This document shows positions 37,814 through 50,300 of a stretch of 64,000 nucleotides of DNA, piece by piece. The DNA comes from Octopus vulgaris (taxonomy: Eukaryota), in NCBI GenBank assembly GCA_951406725.2, contig OX597841.1:9362001-9426000 (forward strand), given 5' to 3'. The translations under genes were made by a program, and so were the position numbers. The notes below the pieces were generated by a model. It was not told the origin of the DNA, did not search any database, and saw only the letters and a list, made by a program, of their open reading frames with translations. Position 1 is the first letter of the stretch, and every line of letters starts with the position of its first letter.

Positions 37814-38180
37814 TAGTGTGTTTATTTGATCAAATTTAATGATGAGCGAGCAGCTGTTTAAAACAAAAAGAGATGAGAAGATAAAGATGAGTGGATGAAA
37901 CGAAGGAACACAACAGCAAAAGCTCTCCAAATTAACCATTCTCGTTCAATAACACACGTGCACATGCCTACAAAGTCAGAAAACAGCACAGCTCCCATGA
38001 CTTTCGGAAACATTTTTTCACGCTCAGGGTTGCTGAAGCGTGGAATAAACGGCCTGCATCAGTTGTTGACTGCCATGACACTGCATCCTTTAAGGCCCTC
38101 ATGCTTCCCGAAATCCGTCGAAACTACACCTGATTATACATACACTTTAGATGAGTTGTAGTGCACCTGAGCACTGTACA

Positions 38181-38270
<90 letters not shown>

Positions 38271-39342
38271 ATTGAGAACAGCAACTCTTCCTCTGCCTAC
38301 CACTCAAGCCATGCATCTGAAACCGCACAACTGGCAATATTTTGCCGACCCCCATATGCGTAGTACCCCAGTATTATTGGATTACCATAAGGCGGCGAGC
38401 TGGCAGGAACGTTAGCACGCCGGCCAAAATGCCTTGCGGTATTTCGTCCGCCGCTGCGTTCTGAGTTCAAATTCCGCCGGGGTCGACTTTGCCTTTCATT
38501 CTTTCGGGGTCGATAAACTAAGTACCAGTTACGCACTGGGGTCGTTATAATCGACTTAATCCGTTTGTCTATCCTTGTAGTTGTCCGCCGCTACGTTCCC
38601 CAAATTCTGTGCTTTTAGCCCTTCGGGGTGTAGTAAAGTTATAAATAATCCGGTATCCTTGTTTGTTTTCATCCGCCGCTACGTTCTGAGTTCAAATTCC
38701 GCCGAGGTCGACTTTGCCTTTCATCCTTTCGGGGTCAATTAAATAAGTACCAGTTACGCACTGGGGTCGATATAATCGACTTAATCAGTTTGTCTGTCCT
38801 TGTTTGTCCTCTCTGTGTTTAGCCCCTTGTGGGTAGTAAAGAAATAATTATTGGATTACCATGATTCTATTGGTCCGTTCATAGTTCTTGAGGAGGGGAC
38901 TCTGTGGGGGATGGTCTTGCCGGTTGTCGAAAATCACCCCCTCACCGACAACTAAACTGGTAGAATCACAAGTTCAGTTGTCGGCGACAAAAACATGCAG
39001 CGGATTGCACTGATTCTGGGTTAACAACAGGATTCTCGCCTCACATAATTGCACGTATACAAATGTGTGTGTGTGTGTGTTTAGGTATGTTCTATGTACG
39101 TACTTACGTACGTACGTACGTACGTATGTATGTATGTATGTGTGTGTGTGTGTGTATATATATATATAAATATATAATACATATGCATATGTATGCATAT
39201 ATTATTATGCTATAGACATACTCATATACGCACACACACACACACAAACATACATACATACATGCATGCATGCATACATACATACATACATATATACATA
39301 CATACATACATGCATGCATACATACATACATACATACATACA

Positions 39343-39373
<31 letters not shown>

Positions 39374-39375
<2 letters not shown>

Positions 39376-41643
39376 TATGGCTGCCCCCTCGTTATCGAGT
39401 ATGGCCATTGCACGAAGCTTAACTGTTATTGGTGCTGTGATCGAATGTGACTTTTTAGCCCAGCTAAAGATCTACAATGTCTTGTACAGAATTGGCAGCT
39501 AAAACCTTTACCGGTAATAGCCGGCTGTAGTTGTAACTGGGCTTCATGTACCTTTGCATGTCGTTTAAGTCCACCTGCCGAATTACACTCTCTTCCACAT
39601 GCCCGACAGATATGATTAGTATGGTGTGTTACACCACATTGGCTCATGCATACATACATACATACGGAAGACAGTAGGGGGCGATTTGAGGGAGTTTTGG
39701 CTGCTATTTCTGTCAGATCTGTCTTACATATAGATGTTTCTCACATTTGTTCATACATGCATATATACACACATAAGTCGTGAGTATGATTTGGAGGGAC
39801 GTTTGGCTGCTTTTTCTGCCAGGTCTACCCTAATATAGAGAGGTTTCCCTCATTGGCTCATTATGGCTGCCCCCTCGTTATCGAGTATGGCCATTGCACG
39901 AAGCTTAACTGTTATTGGTGCTGTGATCGAATGTGACTTTTTAGCCCAGCTAAAGATCTACAATGTCTTGTACAGAATTGGCAGCTAAAACCTTTACCGG
40001 CAATAGCTGGCTGTAGTTGTAACTGGGCTTCATGTACCTTTGCATGTCGTTTAAGTCCACCTGCCGAATTACACTCTCTTCCACATGCCCGACAGATATG
40101 ATTAGTATGGTGTGTTACACCACATTGGCTCATGCATACATACATACATACGGAAGACAGTAGGGGGCGATTTGAGGGAGTTTTGGCTGCTATTTCTGTC
40201 AGATCTGTCTTACATATAGATGTTTCTCACATTTGTTCATACATGCATATATACACACATAAGTCAGTGAGTATGATTTGGAGGGACGTTTGGCTGCTTT
40301 TTCTGCCAGGTCTACCCTAATATAGAGAGGTTTCCCTCATTGGCTCATTATGGCTGCCCCCTCGTTATCGAGTATGGCCATTGCACGAAGCTTAACTGTT
40401 ATTGGTGCTGTGATCGAATGTGACTTTTTAGCCCAGCTAAAGATCTACAATGTCTTGTACAGAATTGGCAGCTAAAACCTTTACCGGTAATAGCCGGCTG
40501 TAGTTGTAACTGGGCTTCATGTACCTTTGCATGTCGTTTAAGTCCACCTGCCGAATTACACTCTCTTCCACATGCCCGACAGATATGATTAGTATGGTGT
40601 GTTACACCACATTGGCTCATGCATACATACATACATACGGAAGACAGTAGGGGGCGATTTGAGGGAGTTTTGGCTGCTATTTCTGTCAGATCTGTCTTAC
40701 ATATAGATGTTTCTCACATTTGTTCATACATGCATATATACACACATAAGTCAGTGAGTATGATTTGGAGGGACGTTTGGCTGCTTTTTCTGCCAGGTCT
40801 ACCCTAATATAGAGAGGTTTCCCTCATTGGCTCATTATGGCTGCCCCCTCGTTATCGAGTATGGCCATTGCACGAAGCTTAACTGTTATTGGTGCTGTGA
40901 TCGAATGTGACTTTTTAGCCCAGCTAAAGATCTACAATGTCTTGTACAGAATTGGCAGCTAAAACCTTTACCGGTAATAGCCGGCTGTAGTTGTAACTGG
41001 GCTTCATGTACCTTTGCATGTCGTTTAAGTCCTCCTGCCGAATTACACTCTCTTCCACATGCCCGACAGATATGATTAGTATGGTGTGTTACACCACATT
41101 GGCTCATGCATACATACATACATACGGAAGACAGTAGGGGGCGATTTGAGGGAGTTTTGGCTGCTATTTCTGTCAGATCTGTCTTACATATAGATGTTTC
41201 TCACATTTGTTCATACATGCATATATACACACATAAGTCAGTGAGTATGATTTGGAGGGACGTTTGGCTGCTTTTTCTGCCAGGTCTACCCTAATATAGA
41301 GAGGTTTCCCTCATTGGCTCATTATGGCTGCCCCCTCGTTATCGCGTATGGCCATTGCACGAAGCTTAACTGTTATTGGTGCTGTGATCGAATGTGACTT
41401 TTTAGCCCAGCTAAAGATCTACAATGTCTTGTACAGAATTGGCAGCTAAAACCTTTACCGGTAATAGCCGGCTGTAGTTGTAACTGGGCTTCATGTACCT
41501 TTGCATGTCGTTTAAGTCCACCTGCCGAATTACACTCTCTTCCACATGCCCGACAGATATGATTAGTATGGTGTGTTACACCACCCCCAGTGGCCAGGTT
41601 CTCACTCATCTCTCTCGCTTTATGACTACGAAGTCTATTCCTG
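39374..41643 (-). repeat. Five-copy ~487-bp array of RTE-derived double C2H2 zinc-finger units
   Basis: ORFs ending at 39426, 39912, 40399, 40886 and 41373; the first unit extends further 5' (RNRLRSHKAREMSENLATGG). Confidence 0.92.
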
Positions 41644-43818
41644 TATGTATGTTTGTGTGCATGCATGTATTATATATTTATATATGTATACACACATAGA
41701 TACATACATACATGTATATACACACACATACATACATACATGCATACACACCCATACCTACATACATACATACATACACACCCATACATACATGCATACA
41801 TACCCATACATGCATGCATACATACATACATACATACATACATACATACATACATTCATACATACATACATACATACATGCATGCATACGTACATACATA
41901 CATACATACATACATACATACATTCATACATACATACATACATGCATGCATACATACATACATACATACATACATACATACATTCAAACATACATACATA
42001 ACTGCATGCATACGTACATACATACATACGTACATACATACATACATACATACATACATACATACATGCATACACACCCATACCTACATACATACATGCA
42101 TACATACCCATACATGCATGCATACGTACATACATACATGCATGCATGCATGCATACATACATACATACATCTATACATACATACATACATACATACATA
42201 CATACATACATACATACATGCATGCATACATACATACATACATACATACATGCATGCATGCATACATACATACATACATACATACATACATACATACATA
42301 CATACATACATACATACATACATACTCACAAACGCATACACATGTCATATGTGTGTATTGAATAAATTTGAATAATTGTGTGTATGTGTGTGTGTGTGCA
42401 TTTGCGTGTGTGTTTGTGAGTGTGTGCGCGCGCGCGCGACAGAAAGACAGACAGAGAATGAGATTGAAGCATCTACTTTCTAATCCAAAGTAATATAATT
42501 GTTTCCATATTGTGTTTATGACGTCACAATATCGTTGACGTTTTTTTTTTTTTTTTCGTGAGATTTGGTTTGAAAACTCTTCAGTCTCTTTCAACCTTTC
42601 TCGGTGATTAGAAGCTAGGGAATGTGTGCGCCAGGGGGCATACCCAGACATCTGAAGACTAGGGTGAAGTAACAGACATCTTCAGCTTGTTTTTGATGTT
42701 TGTGAGGTTGTTTTATGCACCTTTGAGTTCTTAAGCACCCAATCTAACATGCTGGTTGGTAGCATAACATAGTGACAAGGTTTCCGGTAGCATTCCTGTA
42801 CCCGGATGAACTGTTAACCAGGCCATTTCAGGAGAGAAAACCTGGGGGTTCCAACCAGAAACATATACCTCACTCGCAATACATTCAATAATATATTTTA
42901 TTATAAATAGTGAGAAAGTAAAGAATGTGACGTTAAATAATAAAGATGATGGAAACGAAATACTGCTTCCTCAAGTTATAATCATTCGTGTGTCAAGAAA
43001 ATATACTTATAAACATGGTAAGTATTTAAATGAATATAAAAAATATTGTCTGTTGCTATTAAACTGTTTGAAGATCTTTTTAAGAGATTTTTTTTTATAG
43101 TAAAGCAAAATAAATTCTTCATTAGATGTTCGATATTCTGCTTAAACACTATTTTTTGTTCCTTCTCGAGTCATGCCTGGCTCATGAGGGTCGGTTTCCC
43201 TCTTTCATTGGCGTATAGGTTCCCTACCTGGACAGGATACCGGTCTCTCGCATGTGAGCTGCTAGATGCAGGAGGAAAGTGTGAGAGGAAGTTGTGGCGA
43301 AAGAATCAGCGAAAGTTAACTATTTCATTACCTTCTGCCGGAGCCACGTGGTGCTTATGTGTTTTGCTCATAAACCATAAACACACTGTGGTGTGTGGTG
43401 AAGGAGTGTGACGGATGGGGGAGAGCGGAAGTGGGGCTTGGGGAGAATGAGATGGACTGGGCAACAGGTGGACGTGTTTGCCAATGAGCTTAGAAGACTG
43501 GCTAAATTGGCGGGTTATGAGGGAGTGTAGTGAGTGTGTGCGATTTGAATATAGAGGCACCTACCTTCTCTTCGTGGTGACGGAGATCCTCCCGAGATGG
43601 CTGGTCCTTCCTCACAGCCCCTACCCGAACACTAACGATAGCAGCTGCTAGCCCCAAACCCTTTAGCGACTTCATCGCACGTCTTGTCACCAGCACAACC
43701 CACGTTGGAAAGGTCAACTTCCGCCCCCTGCGCGCGCTTGACGGCTAACCCCTTCCGCTTGCCGCACCCCGCTGGCTGACGTCCTGCTGCTGACGTCATC
43801 CCACACGCCACCCTGATC

Positions 43819-46698
43819 TTAAAGATCACAATCTCTCCGCTCCATGTTGTAGTCTACCATCCAACCGGGAGAACGCCTTGCTCGTCGAGATCTTCTCAAG
43901 CTGGGCTCCTCACTCTCCCCCTCTCCCGAATCATCGTCCGTCGAAGCAACAATCCTGCGAAGGTCCAAGACATGTCGTGGTGTGCCATCTACGGATACGT
44001 TGCTTCTGGAATTGATCGCCGTCACCGTTCCTCTGCTCCATTGAGACGTACAGCGCGCCTTTGGTGGCTTGACCCAGACTTCCTCCCCTATTTTCACGCG
44101 AACGGGTCCCTTCTCTTCCTCGTGACCCTCTGGCGCTTTGCTCGGGTGCCTCCATTCATATTTGAACACAGCTCTCTGCGGCACAGATTCCTCAGCCTGT
44201 CCGGATCGGGGAGACAAGTTGTACCAAAAAACTGCTTCAAGCGGCGAAATGTGCCCTCTTTCCGCTATGGCCTTGACTGTCCGATGGTACCTCTCCACGA
44301 TCCCGTTACCGCCCGGCCTATACGCTGCTCTGAACAAGCGTCGCACGTTCCACCGATCAAGCATAACCCTCAATGCTTCCGAACGAAACGCCGCCCCGTT
44401 GTCCATCAGTAGTTCTTCCACGGGACCTCTCTCTAAAAATATCCCGTTCAGGATCTGCACGATCTCGTCAGCAATGCCCGATCTCAACTCCCTCCAAATG
44501 GCCAGCCGGCCCGGCCCACAGTCGACCATGGAGAGGTACATTCGCTGACGGTAGTGTGTCACATCCACAGCTAGTCTTTTCCAGTTCTGCTCCACGGAAA
44601 GGCTTCCCTGTTCATGCCCACACGGAGCAGGGTCGATGGACTGACACCTGTCGCAGCTCCCGACCACCTTCCGGACGCTTCTCCTAGTGACGTCAGCATC
44701 AATTTTCTTCGCCAGATACAGGGTCCTGTCCACACCCAGGTGATGCATAGCGTGCAGTTTCTTCAGTTCAGAGTCATCCAACCGACACGCCGCAGCTATC
44801 CCTTTCCGGGCCTCCTCCGGTTCTTCCAACCACGCCCTTTTCATCCTGGTCAGTACGTCCGCCTTGTTTTTCTCCGAAGGCACGAAGACCACGTTCAGCT
44901 TCAGTCCGAATTCGGCGATCAATTCACCTAGAACTCCTAGACGGCGCTTCACTAACATCTCCGCAGCACCTTTCGTCCGCACTCTCCTGTCACCGGTGAT
45001 CACCGATCCTACCCAGCCAAGCACAGTGGCCGAATCCGTCCGCATTTCAATCGTGCGCAGCCCCCATTTCAAGGCCAAGTTCACCCCTTTCAGCAGCGCG
45101 TCTAATTCGGCGACATTGATGTGGTTGAAATCGTCTGCTTTCCGAAGCCAGGCGGCGTCCTCCACCGCAGTGCCTTCGATTGCCAACACCACCCCTATCG
45201 CTATACTGCTAGCATCACACCAGACGGTCCCGCATTTCGTCTTGGGCACGTACCAGTTCCCCCTGACCGGGTCTTCCGCTCTTGTCCTCTCTAGGATCTC
45301 CTGCATCATCGCCACCGTCCCTTCTCCCACCTTGTCGCCCCACCTCTCTCCTTCTGCTCGTCTCTTGGTGTAACTACACGCCGTGCGCAGCCATCCAGCG
45401 ATCGGGTAGTGACCGACCAACTTCCCACACACCGAGAACAGCTCTCTCCTGCTGACGCTGGAACTCAGCTCTGGGATTTCATTTCCTCTCCGGAACACCA
45501 ATTCACCTGATCTATCTCTTCGCAGCTTCAGCCCCAGCGCGGCTCCCCCTTCAATCGACTCCGGTGGCTTAGCAACCAGTCCGAACTTCTCCAGATGTCT
45601 CACTACCTCGTCGGCTGGCACTACAGTTTCGTCCACCAAAATGTCGTCAATGTAGGAGCTGGTGGCCTTCCTAATCTTGCCGTCTTTCCCTAGGACGGAC
45701 CTAAGCACTGCCGCCATGATCTTCGGAGCGGAATTCAGCCCGAAACCCAGCCTGGTTAGACAGTACGTCCGGCCCTTGTACCGCACCAGCTGATATCGCC
45801 ATAGTTTGTCGCTCACATGGAGCTGCAAGTATGCCGATCTCAAGTCGACAATCGTCGCTGCCTCAATCGACTGTCTCCACTTACGTAATGCCTCACCACA
45901 AACGTCTGTCGCCTCACCTCCCGTGTGACACGATATGTGCTGGTTTAGCTCCCTGAAGTCCAGCACCGGTCTGACTTTTCCCTTCGTAGGCTGCACCACC
46001 GCCATCAGGGGTAGCACTCCGCCCGCTACCTCCTCCTTCCAAGGGACAAGGACCCCTTCCTCGATCCACCTCTCCACCTCGTCTTCAAACCCAACCCTGG
46101 CGTGGCCTTTCAGGGTATGCTGGTAACAGCTCACCCTGTTCTCCAGTGTCGGGGGCTCGTCCTTCCATTTCCACTCTATCGTCCACCGCTGACCATCGAA
46201 CGCCGTCTGGAAGTCTTTGTCCTCGATGGTGTAAGCGGCGCAGTCCCTCGTGGGGCTCTGCTCCCTCTGGCGATCCTGACTCGCAGTGCACGACGCCCCC
46301 ACGCTTCCGAACGTGACCTCATTTCCCACAACACTGACGCCACCGAGGCAGTTGATGGCGTCCATCCCCATCACCACATCAACTCCATTTATCACGCGTT
46401 CGGCCACAATTGCCTGTAGCCTTAGCGTCGCGCCGCGCACCACTATCTCTACCTTGCTGCTGCCTCTGCAACGGATTTCGCTGCCGTCGACCGCCCGGAC
46501 ACTACACACCCCGTTCCATTCCTTCGTCACCCTCGAAGTCACCAGGGTGGTCGTACAGCCCGTATCCACAAGGGCCTTGAACGTCTCCCCCTCGGCCTCC
46601 ACGTCAATCAATGGCAGCGTCTCCAATAGCGCCTCTACTCGTTTGAGGGGAAAGTTCGAGAGGCAGCAACTTCCCCGCGGTCGTTTCCCCGGCCGCAA
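43819..46698 (-). CDS. pol: Uninterrupted Pol (protease, RT, RNase H, integrase), reached by -1 frameshift
   Basis: 959-codon open frame with DTG, YIDD, RNase H D-E-D-D, H-x3-H...C-x2-C and D,D(35)E-type motifs. Confidence 0.96.
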   Translation of the reverse strand: MRPGKRPRGSCCLSNFPLKRVEALLETLPLIDVEAEGETFKALVDTGCTTTLVTSRVTKEWNGVCSVRAVDGSEIRCRGSSKVEIVVRGATLRLQAIVAERVINGVDVVMGMDAINCLGGVSVVGNEVTFGSVGASCTASQDRQREQSPTRDCAAYTIEDKDFQTAFDGQRWTIEWKWKDEPPTLENRVSCYQHTLKGHARVGFEDEVERWIEEGVLVPWKEEVAGGVLPLMAVVQPTKGKVRPVLDFRELNQHISCHTGGEATDVCGEALRKWRQSIEAATIVDLRSAYLQLHVSDKLWRYQLVRYKGRTYCLTRLGFGLNSAPKIMAAVLRSVLGKDGKIRKATSSYIDDILVDETVVPADEVVRHLEKFGLVAKPPESIEGGAALGLKLRRDRSGELVFRRGNEIPELSSSVSRRELFSVCGKLVGHYPIAGWLRTACSYTKRRAEGERWGDKVGEGTVAMMQEILERTRAEDPVRGNWYVPKTKCGTVWCDASSIAIGVVLAIEGTAVEDAAWLRKADDFNHINVAELDALLKGVNLALKWGLRTIEMRTDSATVLGWVGSVITGDRRVRTKGAAEMLVKRRLGVLGELIAEFGLKLNVVFVPSEKNKADVLTRMKRAWLEEPEEARKGIAAACRLDDSELKKLHAMHHLGVDRTLYLAKKIDADVTRRSVRKVVGSCDRCQSIDPAPCGHEQGSLSVEQNWKRLAVDVTHYRQRMYLSMVDCGPGRLAIWRELRSGIADEIVQILNGIFLERGPVEELLMDNGAAFRSEALRVMLDRWNVRRLFRAAYRPGGNGIVERYHRTVKAIAERGHISPLEAVFWYNLSPRSGQAEESVPQRAVFKYEWRHPSKAPEGHEEEKGPVRVKIGEEVWVKPPKARCTSQWSRGTVTAINSRSNVSVDGTPRHVLDLRRIVASTDDDSGEGESEEPSLRRSRRARRSPGWMVDYNMERRDCDL

Positions 46699-47399
46699 TC
46701 ACGGGCAATGTGCCCTGTCTGCCTGCATCGATAGCAAACGGGCCCCGGCTGCGTACAGTCCCGCGCCATGTGCGGTCCCTGGCATCTAAAACACCGTCCT
46801 GAGAACGGCCGCTCTCGTTGCACGGTGGGCTTCTGTACCTCTTTCTCGGGACGTCGTCCGTCTTTACGCGCCTCCGTCACCGCCATCGCTATCGCCTTCC
46901 GCCCAGAGTGTCTCGTCAACGCGCGAGCATGAGTTACAAGTTCGCTCAATGGCATCTTTTTGACCCCGGGCAGTCGTTGTAGGTGAATCCCTACATCGTC
47001 GGGGAACCCATTCACGAACGCCAGTCGGGCTGCTCTCTCCAGTTCTTCTCCGGCAAACCCGGCCAGAGTCGCTAGCCTTCTAGCTTCTGATGCAAAGTCG
47101 TCCACTTGGCCTCCCGTCCACCTGATTGCACCTAGCTTAGCGAAAGCTGTGTACTCGCATTCCGTGTATGCGTCACACAAGCGCCGCTCTATATTCTCAT
47201 CGCAGAGCCGTTCTTCGACATCCATCTCTAGGTAAAGTGACAACGCACTCCCTTCCAAATACAGCGCCATAAGACTCGCCACGTCGCTTATGCCCTGCAG
47301 TCTCGCCACCAGCCTGATTTTCTGAATCCAGGCCACTACATCGCCTTCGCCGTTAAAAGGTCTGACGACGTCACTGGCGATCCTAATTTTTGCAGACAT
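46635..47399 (-). CDS. gag: Gag (family B)
   Basis: 254 aa, same protein as 10474..11238. Confidence 0.95.
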   Translation of the reverse strand: MSAKIRIASDVVRPFNGEGDVVAWIQKIRLVARLQGISDVASLMALYLEGSALSLYLEMDVEERLCDENIERRLCDAYTECEYTAFAKLGAIRWTGGQVDDFASEARRLATLAGFAGEELERAARLAFVNGFPDDVGIHLQRLPGVKKMPLSELVTHARALTRHSGRKAIAMAVTEARKDGRRPEKEVQKPTVQRERPFSGRCFRCQGPHMARDCTQPGPVCYRCRQTGHIARDCGRGNDRGEVAASRTFPSNE

Positions 47400-50300
47400 C
47401 GTGTTGAAAAAAATGTGAATGTTTACGAACTGCCGAAATAGCTTGTAGTGAGTGTGTGCGATTTGAATATAGAGGCACCTACCTTCTCTTCGTGGTGACG
47501 GAGATCCTCCCGAGATGGCTGGTCCTTCCTCACAGCCCCTACCCGAACACTAACGATAGCAGCTGCTAGCCCCAAACCCTTTAGCGACTTCCTCGCACGT
47601 CTTGTCACGTCTTGTCACCTCGCACGTCTTGTCACCTCGCACGTCTTGTCACCTCGCACGTCTTGTCAACCCACGTTGGAAAGGTCAACTTCCGCCCCTT
47701 CCGCGCGCTTGACGGCTGACCCCTTCCGCTTGCCCCAGCTTCCGGTCAACGCACCCCGCTGGCTGACGTCCTGCTGCTGACGTCATCCCACAGGAGAGTC
47801 GCTAGAACGGACGATTAGGTTAGCGTTCGTGACCGGCTTTCCCGACATCATGTCGGTCAAGCTACAGAAGCTCCCGAACGTGCGTTCGATGCCGATGGCC
47901 GATATCATGTCGCGGGCACGTGTACTGGTTTCGTGCAGCAGGTTGACGTCGGTAGCAGCGACTGTAACGTCGAAAAGTGGCCCAGCTAGGAGCAGCGGAG
48001 AGGGGCTGAGGAAAGAACGTGTGCGACTGTTCATAGGACAGTGTTTCCGGTGCCAAGGTCCACACATGGTCCGTGACTGCGCGTCGCCCAAGCCTGAGGT
48101 GATTTGCTACCGGTGTCGAGAGCCAGGGCATGTAGCCAGCGAGTGTCTGCAGGGAAACGGCCCGCGGGAGACTACTGCGCCGGTAGTCGTCCCTTTGGAT
48201 TAGTAGCGGCGCGTTTATCATCGCTACCTGTGGTCGACATTCTGGTGAAGGGGAAGATGTCGCGAGCCCTGGTGGACACGGGCTGTACAACGACCCTGAT
48301 GACTACGGAAGTGGCATCCACCAGAATGTCGTCGATGTATGAATTGGTGGCCCTTTTACTCTGTCCACCTTCCCCAGGATGGCCTTGAGAATTGTTGCCA
48401 TAATCTTCGTCGCTGAATTCAGCCCGAATCCCAACCTGGTCAGACAGTACGTCCGGCCCCTATACCTGACGAGCTGGTACTTCCATAATTTCTCAACCAC
48501 ATGCACCTGAAGGTATGCCGACTTTAAATCGACAATCGTGGAGGCCCCCGTCGTCTGCCTCCACTCTCGCAAGGTGTCTCCGCAGACATCGTGGCCTCGC
48601 CGCCTGTATGACACGACACGTGGTCATTCAGCTCTCGGAAGTCAAGCACTGGCCTGACCTTATGCTTTGTGGGCTGTATCACCGCCATCAGTGGCAGGAC
48701 TCCGCTCTCTTCTTTTTCCCAAGGGATCAGTATGCCCTCCTTAATCCACCGCTCCACTTCCCCCTCGAACTCACTTCTGGCATCTCCTTTTAGAGTATGC
48801 TGCTAGCAGCCCACTTTATTCTTTAACATCGGGGGCTCTCCCTTCCAGTGCCACTCCACTGTCCACCTCTTGCCATCAAAGACAACCCGAAAATCCTGGT
48901 CTTCAATGGTGTGCGCCGCATCCTTTTCCTCACGGTTGTCGTCGGTGCGTGGTCTCGCCCTACACGGTTTCCCCGCTAACCCAAACGTTACGCCAGCCTC
49001 GTTGACGGTGACAGCTCCAAAGCGGGTGATTGCATCCATCCCCATCACCACGTCAATCTCGTCCACCAAGTGACCAACCACAATTGCTCGCAACGTCAGC
49101 TGTAGTCCCTGCACCACAATCTGCGCATCCGTAACCCCTTCGCAGTGCACTTCTCTTCCGTCGACTGCCCTAACACTGCTTCCTCCACTCCACGTGGAGT
49201 GGAGGAAGCAGTGTTAGGGCAGTCGACGGAAGAGAAGTGCACTGCGAAGGGGTTACGGATGCGCAGATTGTGGTGCAGGGACACAGCTGACGTTGCGAGC
49301 AATTGTGGCAATGGAGGGAGGTGTTGCACTGGGCCTCAAGCTATGGAGAGACAAGGCCGGCGCCTTGGTGTTCCGGCGAGGGAATGAGGTCCCTGAACTG
49401 GGCGCCAGCATGAGTAGACGGGAACTGTTCTCTGTGTGTGGGAAGCTGGTGGGACACTACCCGATTGCAGGCTGGCTCCAGACAGCATGTAGCTTCATCA
49501 AGAGACGAGCCGAAGGAGTGAAGTGGAATGATAAAGTGGGGGAGAGGACAATCGACATGATGCAGGAAGTCTTGGTCAGAGTAGGAGCAGAGGACCCGGT
49601 GAGGGGCAGCTGGTATGTTCCCAAATCAAAGAGCGGGATCGTATGGTGTGACGCCAGTAGCATCGCAATAGGGGTCGTCTTGGAAGTGGGAGGTGTCACG
49701 GTGGAAGATGCGGCCTGGCTCAGGAAGATGGATGACTGCAATCACATCAACGTGGCGGAGTTGGATGCCGTGCTGAAGGGGGTGAACCTAGCCTTGAAGT
49801 GGGGGTTGCACACCATAGAAATCAGGACTGATTCGGCCACTGTACTTGGTTGGGCGACAGCAGTCATCACCGATGAGAGGAGGGTGCGGACCAAAGGGGC
49901 TGCAGAGATCCTGGTAAAGCGTCGATTAGGAATACTGCGTGAACTAACCACTGAGTTCAATCTGAAGCTGAGCGTGATCTTTGTGCCTTCTGAGAAGAAC
50001 AGGGCAGACGTCCTGACCAGGGTAAAGCGAGCCTGGTTGAAGGTGCCAGAGGAATGCGAAGCAGGATGTAGCTGCAGTATGCCGTCTGAGCGACTCGGAG
50101 TTACGGAGACTACACACCATGCATCACATGGGTGTGGACAGGACATTGTTCCTAGCCAGAAAAGTTGACTCCGACGTGACAAGACAGAGCGTGCAGAGAG
50201 TGGTTAGCAGTTGTGACAGGTGCCAGTCCATCGACCCTGCTCCGGTCGTGCATGAAGCGGGAAGTATTCCAGTGGACCAGGACTGGAGACGACTGGCGGT

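Larger units (their letters stand above)
43526..47792 (-). mobile_element. LTR retrotransposon family B, coding-intact copy
   Basis: LTRs 47444..47792 and 43526..43805; TSD GGAG at 43522-43525 and 47793-47796; PBS 47432..47443. Confidence 0.97.
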
